NCBI GenBank assembly: GCA_027491735.1
Contig: JAOZGP010000003.1
Span: 1-21,631, forward strand
Direction: 5' to 3'
Source of the DNA: Thermoproteota archaeon
Lineage (GTDB): Archaea; Korarchaeota; Korarchaeia; Korarchaeales; Korarchaeaceae
Length of the DNA stretch: 21,631 bases
Shown: positions 8,775 to 15,691 of the stretch, in pieces
Layout of the letters: the number at the start of each line of letters is the position of its first letter
Position numbering within the stretch: position 1 is the stretch's first letter
Program-made: the position numbers and the translations under genes
Notes under the pieces: generated by a model
The model's database searches: none
Seen by the model: only the letters and a program-made list of their open reading frames with translations
Told to the model about the DNA's origin: nothing

Positions 8775-9010
8775 TGGGACGCTCGCACACTTCAGCCTTG
8801 GCCTACAAAGCCAGGTGGCTGGGCCTCCCTGTGCAGTTCGTGAGCCCCACCTGCTCCTCCAGAACCTGCCCCGTATGCTCAGACCGATTGTGGGCCTATC
8901 GGGGCAGGCTCATGCATTGTGAGGGCTGCAGTTGATCGTGTAGGGACGAGGCTGCGGCCCTCAATCTTCGGATGTGGGCGCCTTGGGTTCCCCAAGAGGG
9001 GCGGATCTAA
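8775..9010 (+). pseudogene. tnpB: TnpB C-terminal remnant (Zn ribbon plus RuvC-III)
   Basis: From 8798: LAYKARWLGLPVQFVSPTCSSRTCPVCSDRLWAYRGRLMHCEGCS*SCRDEAAALNLRMW.. This is the TnpB YKA..G.PV..V.P..TS..CP.C..C..C..RD..AA.NL signature, with an internal stop. Confidence 0.85.
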
Positions 9011-9545
9011 AGGAGATGATGTCCAGGGAGACGTTCGTCTACGAGCGATGATATCCCCCGAACCCCATCAGTTATCAGACTGAAGATGCAGTAGGCCTGG
9101 ATACCTTCAGCTCCGAACCTCCCGGATCAGGTAGAGAACCACAGTTCCTTTAAGATAGAGGGGCATGAAACACCATCCACCGATAGAAGCTCCTCTGGAT
9201 CTGCTCATTGCACGGGGGCTGAAGCGATCTACTAAAAGCTTCTATGCTTCATCCCCGTAAACCCTAAGCGAAGTTAGTAGAAGGGGATTGATCTACAGCC
9301 TTGTCGTCAGCCATCTCACCTCTCCTCATCACGTCGGAGATTGTGCTTGCCTCGAGCCCATAAATCTCCGCCTGCTCGAATGACTCAGTGCTCATTCCAT
9401 CATCCGGTTCGACGATTGGGAAATGTCGCATCCCTCGACAGTATTTGTAAATTATTTTTACATATCCTAACGTGTAGCGTTAGAAAATACGGATATAATG
9501 AGCCTCTCTAGAAATGTTTTTATGATACTATCGGGAAAATCAGCA

Positions 9546-11657
9546 ATGAGATTTTATGCTTCCTTCCTAATTATGCTCCTGGTGGCCGGCCTTCTGCTGG
9601 GAAGCACAACAACGAGTGCTCAGCAAGGGAGCCGGATGAGATACAAGCTCAAGGTGCGGATATATCTCACCTACTTCTGGGCCAATGAGCGGGCTGATCT
9701 GGACAACGACATACCAAACGGTGACTCAGATGTCTGGATCTTCTCCTTGATAGAGGAGGAACAGCATGAGGCCCAAACGAAAGCCATAGGGGAGAGAGAG
9801 AATCTGGATCAGCACTGCTGTGATCTGAACAAGAACGAAAAGTACGATTCTGGTGAGAGAAGGATCAAGGTTCTGAACCTCTACAGCGGTAAAGCCATCA
9901 GAACTGATGTAGTGTATGAGGTGGAGCAATGCGAACCCTTGAGGCCATTCCACATCTACATAAAATCGATAGACTCTGACGTAGGGGGGAGCGAGAAAAC
10001 GAAGTATGTTTCATCGGTGATCAAAGGGATCTCCTCGGTGGTGAAGTCGGTAAAGCCCTTTGCCAAGCTGATCGGTTCACTGGCCAGCTTCGTATCGAGC
10101 AAGTTCAGAGATCATGAGGTCATAGGATGGGGCGTCAAGAACTCCTGGCGGCCGTCTAAAGCCTATGAGGTTAAGCCGGGAGCTAAACAGGGAGAGAGGT
10201 GGAACCTGGGCCCGAAAAAGATATGGAATGTTGGAGAGGTTCCTCCTCCCGAAAGGACATGGGTCTCGGAGGAAGTTCCCCTGGAGCTCAGGGAGGATGG
10301 AGAGCTAAGAGCCATCGTGTGGTATAGACTGGAGATCTACAACACCGGAATTCTGTGCTCATGCCAGAAGATCGAGGTTCCCGTTAAGGAGGATCTGAGA
10401 GCCCTGAGAAGCTTGGAACTCATCAGAAGATCGGACATCTCCGAGATGGAGTTCCACCTAAGGACGTCCGATGATCCTCACAACGGGACGAACATCTCCA
10501 TCCTGATGAACAATGAAGAGGTTGCCAAGATATGGGGCGAAGAGGAGATCTTCTGGAGCGGGAACATAAAGTCCCTCTGGAGTGGAAACAAAGAGGTCTC
10601 GGGGGTGCTGGATTTAAGTAGGGTTAAAGGTCCGACCAGGCTGGAATTTGTATCCTATGGACCAAAGGATAAGGTGAACTCCATTACGGCTGATATCATG
10701 GTTTCAGAGCCTGACCTTTGCGTTGTGGCCAACGAGGTAGATCTCAGAATGTCGACTGAGCTTCTATCGAGCTTAGAGGGTTATGGATACCACCATTCCT
10801 CATGTAATCCAGACAACCTGAGAAGTCCTGTGATCCTCGTACTGGGTGGACCGGAATCCTACTCATGGGTCGGGGATTTTGTCTCCTCCCTGCTTCCTCA
10901 GAGCAAAGCCCGAGAGATGAGGGAAAAGCCCACGTCCATCCATTTGAAAGTCGGGGAAAAGGACCTGTATCTTTCAGGAGGTCCTGATAGATACGAGACG
11001 AGAAAAGCAGCTGAATCTTGTCTCGAGAGCCTAGTTAAGACCTTGGTGAATAGAGATTCGAAGCCTCCACAGATCTGGTGGCCCGTGAGCACCAAGGTTG
11101 AGGTTAACGGAAGCTTTACCATTACTTGGAGCGAGCCAGTCAGCTCCATTGAGGTGAGAGCGTTCTCCAAGAATGTGTCGATTCCTGGGCTTAGGGTGTT
11201 CCACAAGGGACGAACCAGTCAGGTGATCCTTCCAGACATCTGCCCAAAGAACTTGAATATTCTCATAAAGGCGGTTGACCTCAAAGGCAACTCAGCCGAT
11301 TCGGTAGTTGAAGTCGTCCGAGCTGGTAAGCCGATCCCCTACCTGGTATATCACCCACAGATCGTTGAGGAGAAAGGGCTTACATGGACCCTGATCGTCG
11401 ACATGGAGAACCTAGGGGATGAGGCCGGAACTGTTTCCTTCACAGGCACCGCAGGTAAACCCAACTTTATTGAGGTCTCTCCACTCGGAAATGGAAGCCT
11501 GATTGTGCCGCCAGGTGGCGTAGGAGCCATGACCTTCAAGATATCCGTGGGCGATGGGGCTGAGACCGGGACCTACACCTTCAAGCTGTTGTTTTATGAG
11601 AAGAACACGCATGTTCTTGAGGAGGTCGAAGTTACCATCAAGATATGGAAGGAATGA
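9546..11657 (+). CDS. Large secreted multidomain protein (C2-like N-domain, cell-wall-binding-2-like segment, Ig-like C-terminal domains)
   Basis: The signal peptide starts at ATG 9546 (MRFYASFLIMLLVAGLLLGSTTTSA), about 25 nt after TTTTTAT at 9517-9523, although the ORF track starts at 9498. Contains VILVLGGPESY..GGPDRYET and Ig/NEW3-like strands (MENLGDEAG..VPPGG..FKISV..AETGTYTF). No C-terminal TM helix. Confidence 0.75.
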   Translation: MRFYASFLIMLLVAGLLLGSTTTSAQQGSRMRYKLKVRIYLTYFWANERADLDNDIPNGDSDVWIFSLIEEEQHEAQTKAIGERENLDQHCCDLNKNEKYDSGERRIKVLNLYSGKAIRTDVVYEVEQCEPLRPFHIYIKSIDSDVGGSEKTKYVSSVIKGISSVVKSVKPFAKLIGSLASFVSSKFRDHEVIGWGVKNSWRPSKAYEVKPGAKQGERWNLGPKKIWNVGEVPPPERTWVSEEVPLELREDGELRAIVWYRLEIYNTGILCSCQKIEVPVKEDLRALRSLELIRRSDISEMEFHLRTSDDPHNGTNISILMNNEEVAKIWGEEEIFWSGNIKSLWSGNKEVSGVLDLSRVKGPTRLEFVSYGPKDKVNSITADIMVSEPDLCVVANEVDLRMSTELLSSLEGYGYHHSSCNPDNLRSPVILVLGGPESYSWVGDFVSSLLPQSKAREMREKPTSIHLKVGEKDLYLSGGPDRYETRKAAESCLESLVKTLVNRDSKPPQIWWPVSTKVEVNGSFTITWSEPVSSIEVRAFSKNVSIPGLRVFHKGRTSQVILPDICPKNLNILIKAVDLKGNSADSVVEVVRAGKPIPYLVYHPQIVEEKGLTWTLIVDMENLGDEAGTVSFTGTAGKPNFIEVSPLGNGSLIVPPGGVGAMTFKISVGDGAETGTYTFKLLFYEKNTHVLEEVEVTIKIWKE

Positions 11658-11778
11658 TCTCTACCGAGGAAGTTTCTGGAGAGACCTGAAACTTGGGGCT
11701 CATACAAACAATATGTTCGAGACGGTCTGGACCGACTTTTTTATCTTTTTCAGGTCACCTGAGATAGTGGATGAGAGC

Positions 11779-12246
11779 ATGTTCAGGAGAATCTTGTTTC
11801 CCACAGATCTCTCCGAGAACTCCTTGGCTCCTATGAGTCTTCTGAAGGAGTTAGCCGAAAAGGGCTCGGACGAGCTCATTTTACTTCACGTGATAAGCGA
11901 GAGCGATGTAGAAGTTGTTGTGGAGAGCATAAAGATCACGGATGGGCCAATGGCGGATGCTCGGAGCGTCGCCATCGACAGGATAAGGAGCGCTAGGGAG
12001 AGGAGACTTCGACATATAGAGAGGGACCTGACAAGACACTTCAAGAAAGTCAAGACGGTGATAGATATTGGAAGGCCTTCAAAGGTCATAGCGGAGGTCG
12101 CTGAAAGGGAGAAGGTCTCTCTGATAGTGATGGCCTCCAGGGGAAGGGCTAAGCTCCCGGAGGACTGGATAGGAAGCACCTCGATGAGGGTCATTATGAC
12201 CACATCCATTCCGGTGCTCGTGTGCAAGAGGCCCTGCCGCGAGTGA
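11779..12246 (+). CDS. Universal stress protein (UspA family)
   Basis: Motifs MFRRILFPTDLSENS, LILLHVI, GRPSKVIAEVAEREKVSLIVMASRG, IGSTSMRVI and IPVLV. The true start is ATG 11779, not 11554. Confidence 0.93.
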   Translation: MFRRILFPTDLSENSLAPMSLLKELAEKGSDELILLHVISESDVEVVVESIKITDGPMADARSVAIDRIRSARERRLRHIERDLTRHFKKVKTVIDIGRPSKVIAEVAEREKVSLIVMASRGRAKLPEDWIGSTSMRVIMTTSIPVLVCKRPCRE

Positions 12247-12288
12247 ACCGTTATAAGGCCCCTAGTTACAGGTTTTCAAAGATAAACT

Positions 12289-13236
12289 ATGGAGTATGTG
12301 AGAGATCTCCTCTGGAAGTCAGGAATCACTGTTAAGGAGCTTGTGGAGGGGTTTGGGACGACGGGCTTTCAGAGCACAGAGCTCTACAAAGCAGCTCGGA
12401 TAATGATAAGGATGAGAGAGGAGGGAGCCAAGGTAATACTCACCTTCACATCTAACATGGTCACCTCAGGGCTCAGAGGTTTATTTGCTCAGCTCATACG
12501 AGTGGGGGTGGCTGACGTAGTGATAACGACTGTGGGCGCTGTTGAGGAGGACATAATGAAGGCCATGGGAGAGAGGTTCTACATACACAGATTCCAGGCC
12601 GACGATGTTGAGCTCCACGAGAGAGGGATGAACAGGGTTGGGAACCTGCTGATAAGCAACGACAGCTACGCTAGGTTCGAGGCATTCGCCAATGAGATCC
12701 TAGACGAGATAGGTAAGAGGAAACCCCGGATAACGGTCTCTGACCTGTTGTACGAGATAGGTATCAGGCTCAGGGATGAGAACTCCTTCCTCTACCAAGC
12801 AGCCAGGAGAGGAGTTCCAGTCTTCTGTCCAGCGATAACGGATGGGGCGTTTGGCTTCCATCTCTTCATGGCCAGGGGGAGACACCCCGAGTTTCAGGTG
12901 GACGTGATCGGAGACTTCTCTAAGATGATATTCTCTCTAAGCCAGGAGGACCGGAAGGGGGTCATAGCCCTGGGAGGAGGGGTCTCCAAGCACCACGCGA
13001 TACTAGCCACCCTTCTGAGCGGGGGAGCTGACTATGCAGTGTATATAACCACAGCTCATCACTCCTCAGGGAGCATGAGCGGAGCCACCACGTCAGAGGC
13101 CAAGAGCTGGGGGAAGCTCAAGGACGATTCCGACTCAGTGACTGTAATAGGAGATGCGACTATCCTCTTCCCCCTGGCCGCTATGTATGCCCTTGAGGTC
13201 CTGAGAGAGGAGGGCCTTCTTAAGGATCTGAGCTGA
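12289..13236 (+). CDS. Deoxyhypusine synthase family protein (divergent paralogue, possibly a polyamine/homospermidine-type synthase)
   Basis: Motifs GFQS, FTSNMVTSGLR, TTVGAVEED, NRVGN, FCPAITDG, LGGGVSKHH, GS.SGA..EAKSWGK (catalytic Lys retained) and GDATILFPL. TATA-like TTATAA at about 12251. Confidence 0.9.
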   Translation: MEYVRDLLWKSGITVKELVEGFGTTGFQSTELYKAARIMIRMREEGAKVILTFTSNMVTSGLRGLFAQLIRVGVADVVITTVGAVEEDIMKAMGERFYIHRFQADDVELHERGMNRVGNLLISNDSYARFEAFANEILDEIGKRKPRITVSDLLYEIGIRLRDENSFLYQAARRGVPVFCPAITDGAFGFHLFMARGRHPEFQVDVIGDFSKMIFSLSQEDRKGVIALGGGVSKHHAILATLLSGGADYAVYITTAHHSSGSMSGATTSEAKSWGKLKDDSDSVTVIGDATILFPLAAMYALEVLREEGLLKDLS

Positions 13237-13245
13237 GGTGGTTGA

Positions 13246-14310
13246 ATGGCCAGGTTCATCCTGAGCAGGAGCATGGTCTTCAGACAGTTCAGGAGAATCT
13301 CTGAGCATGTGGATCTGGTGGCCTACAGCTATAAGACAAACCCGGAGGTGTGGCGGGTTCTCAAGGAGGAGGCAGCATCCATGGTCGGCCTCAGCTCCAT
13401 GGGCTCAGCCGTCAAGGTGAGAGAGCTCAACAGAGCGATGTTCTACGTTCAGGGTGAGAGTGAGGAGGAGATCTCGTGGCTCCTCAGGTCAGGAGTTAGA
13501 TATTTCATAGTTGACAACGAGCCAGAACTCGAGAGACTCCTTCGGGTCCTCGAGAGAGAGGATATGGAGGCGGAGATGTTCTTGAGGATGAAAATGAAGG
13601 AGCACACGATCTACACTGGGAAGCACTTCGTTTACGGGATGAACTGGAGGAGGATCAACGAGATCCTTCCTGAGTTAAGGAGTCATCCTCACGTGAGAGC
13701 TTTGGGAATCCACTTTCACAGAAAGACCCAGAACGTCGGTGAGTGGAGCCTCGTCAAGGACCTTCAGGACGCTTTAAGCGAGAGGAGCTTTGAAGTTCTG
13801 GACATGATAAACGTGGGAGGAGGAATCCCTGTGAGGTACGCGAACACAAGACCTGAGGTTGGAATGATCCTCAACAGGATAGGAGAGCTCAGAGATTTCC
13901 TGAGGAGTAGGGGAATCAGGCTTATGGCTGAGCCCGGAAGGTTCATAGCCGCTCCAAGCGTGGCCCTGGAATCCTCTGTTCTAAACGTCTACGAAAACGT
14001 GGCCGTGCTCGACTGCTCGATATTCAATGCCTACATGGACACATATCTTCTGAACATAAGACTGCCGGTTCTTGGAGAGGTTGAGGAAGGCAAAGGAAGG
14101 AGATATCTGCTCAAGGGCAGATCTCCCGATTCCCTAGACATATTCAGATACTCAGTATATCTGAAGAGGAAGCTCCGACCAGGAGATATCGTCACGTTTC
14201 TCAACGCCGGAGCCTACAACTTCCACTCAGAGTTCAATGACCTACCTAAGATAGGAACAGTTATCGTGGACGAGTTCCCGTTCGACTTTCCAGATGAGCT
14301 CATTCTCTAG
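13246..14310 (+). CDS. PLP-dependent Orn/DAP/Arg decarboxylase family 2 (alanine-racemase fold III)
   Basis: Motifs YSYKTNP (PLP Lys), GIHFH, INVGGG, AEPGRFIA, PDSLD and FLNAGAY. The RBS GAGGTG overlaps the stop codon of the upstream DHS-like gene. Confidence 0.88.
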   Translation: MARFILSRSMVFRQFRRISEHVDLVAYSYKTNPEVWRVLKEEAASMVGLSSMGSAVKVRELNRAMFYVQGESEEEISWLLRSGVRYFIVDNEPELERLLRVLEREDMEAEMFLRMKMKEHTIYTGKHFVYGMNWRRINEILPELRSHPHVRALGIHFHRKTQNVGEWSLVKDLQDALSERSFEVLDMINVGGGIPVRYANTRPEVGMILNRIGELRDFLRSRGIRLMAEPGRFIAAPSVALESSVLNVYENVAVLDCSIFNAYMDTYLLNIRLPVLGEVEEGKGRRYLLKGRSPDSLDIFRYSVYLKRKLRPGDIVTFLNAGAYNFHSEFNDLPKIGTVIVDEFPFDFPDELIL

Positions 14311-14502
14311 CCGATGTTCCCGACCGCTGCACCGGGAAGTGTTGCACCACAAAGAATTTTTCTGAGGAGGTAGCTCCTGAGAGGAGATCTTTGGTGTTAG
14401 GGGTTCCCGGAACCTAGGTTGAGAGAGCTTGAGGAGGCCTCTTCATGCACGTGCCCTGGCTGAGGTTCAAGATTTTTAAGTTAAAAGTTGTGATCCTCCT
14501 TT

Positions 14503-15456
14503 ATGAGCACAAGGGTTCTCATAGCTCTTGGAGGGAACGCGATAAAGCAAGCTGACGAAAGAGGAACTTACGAGGAACAGATGAAAAATGTAAACAGAAC
14601 CGCTGAGGAGATCGTCAGACTGATAAGAGAGGGATATCGTGTGGTGGTAACCCATGGTAATGGTCCTCAGGTGGGAGCGCTCTTGATACAGCAGGAGGAA
14701 GGGGCTAAGAGAGGCGTACCACCCCAACCCATGCACGTCTGTGGTGCGATGACCCAAGGGCAAATAGGATACATGCTTCAACAGGCCCTCATCAATGAGA
14801 TGAAGAAACAGAGGTTTTCTGTGCCTGTGGCGACTGTGATAACGCAAGTGATGGTCAGGAAGAATGATCCCAACTTTAACGACCCTCATAAGCCCGTGGG
14901 ACCTTTTTACGATGAGAAAACTGCTAGGAGATTGATAAGGGAGAAGGGATACATTATTAAGAGGGTGAGGCCGAATGGAGATAAGCCCTACAGAAGAGTC
15001 GTGCCCTCACCTGATCCAATAGGACCCGTCGAGGCTGAGGCCATAAAGCGGTTGGTGGACGCCGGTGTGATCGTGATTGCTTCTGGAGGTGGAGGAATTC
15101 CTGTTATCGAGGATGATGGAGTACTTAGGGGAGTGGATGCTGTCATAGATAAGGATCTAGCAGGAGAAAAGCTTGCTGAGGTTGTAAAGGCGGATATCTT
15201 CATGATACTGACCGATGTGAGCAGGGTCAAGCTGAACTATGGTAAGCCAGATGAGAGGGATATAGTGAGGATGACTGTCTCCGAGGCCAGGAGATACATG
15301 GCTGAGGGACACTTTCTGCCTGGGAGCATGGAACCCAAGGTGAAGGCCTGCATACACTTCATAGAGGCAGAAGGTAAGCTAGCCGTGATAGCCAAGCTTG
15401 ATCAGGCCTTGGAGGCCCTCAGGGGGGAGGCAGGGACCTGGATAGTTCCTGACTGA
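14503..15456 (+). CDS. arcC: Carbamate kinase
   Basis: Motifs IALGGNA, THGNGPQVG, AMTQGQIGY, KPVGPFY, RRVVPSPDP, GGGGIPV, AVIDKD and GSMEPKV. Confidence 0.96.
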   Translation: MSTRVLIALGGNAIKQADERGTYEEQMKNVNRTAEEIVRLIREGYRVVVTHGNGPQVGALLIQQEEGAKRGVPPQPMHVCGAMTQGQIGYMLQQALINEMKKQRFSVPVATVITQVMVRKNDPNFNDPHKPVGPFYDEKTARRLIREKGYIIKRVRPNGDKPYRRVVPSPDPIGPVEAEAIKRLVDAGVIVIASGGGGIPVIEDDGVLRGVDAVIDKDLAGEKLAEVVKADIFMILTDVSRVKLNYGKPDERDIVRMTVSEARRYMAEGHFLPGSMEPKVKACIHFIEAEGKLAVIAKLDQALEALRGEAGTWIVPD

Positions 15457-15691
15457 CCTCTTTATAAAATTCACCACGAGAAGGCCCTTTGGGCGTTCCA
15501 TCTAACTCTTCGGAGGTCTCAGACAAATCGTGACTGAACATCTTTGTCAGGCCATTCTGGTGAAGAATTCTGAAGAATATCAGGATCTTTGAACCTTATA
15601 GAGGCACCTGAGCGTTATAAGGGAGAAGATCTGTGAAGACGAGAACGATAAGATGATAGGCTCTTTTCCTAGAGGTTAAGTTCGGATGAAG

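Larger units (their letters stand above)
8495..9085 (+). mobile_element. Decayed, internally deleted IS607-family element (tnpA 5' part joined to tnpB 3' part)
   Basis: Contains the tnpA and tnpB remnants listed below. Periodic CTGTACAAAA/CTGTTAGATA repeats occur at the presumed left end, and an omegaRNA-like tail follows tnpB. The ends are approximate. Confidence 0.8.

Noticed and set aside
9264-9431. 55-aa acidic minus-strand ORF (MRHFPIVEPDDG..PSTNFA) and an internal GTGATGA..CTGA half C/D motif
   Set aside because: There is no recognisable family, and only one C/D pair is present. It cannot be supported without homology data.
15457-15691. Intergenic region with TTTATAAA and IRs (TTCACCA/TGGTGAA; CCTTATA/TATAAGG) between convergent genes
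   Set aside because: The IRs are short and widely spaced, and no coherent structure or ORF is evident.
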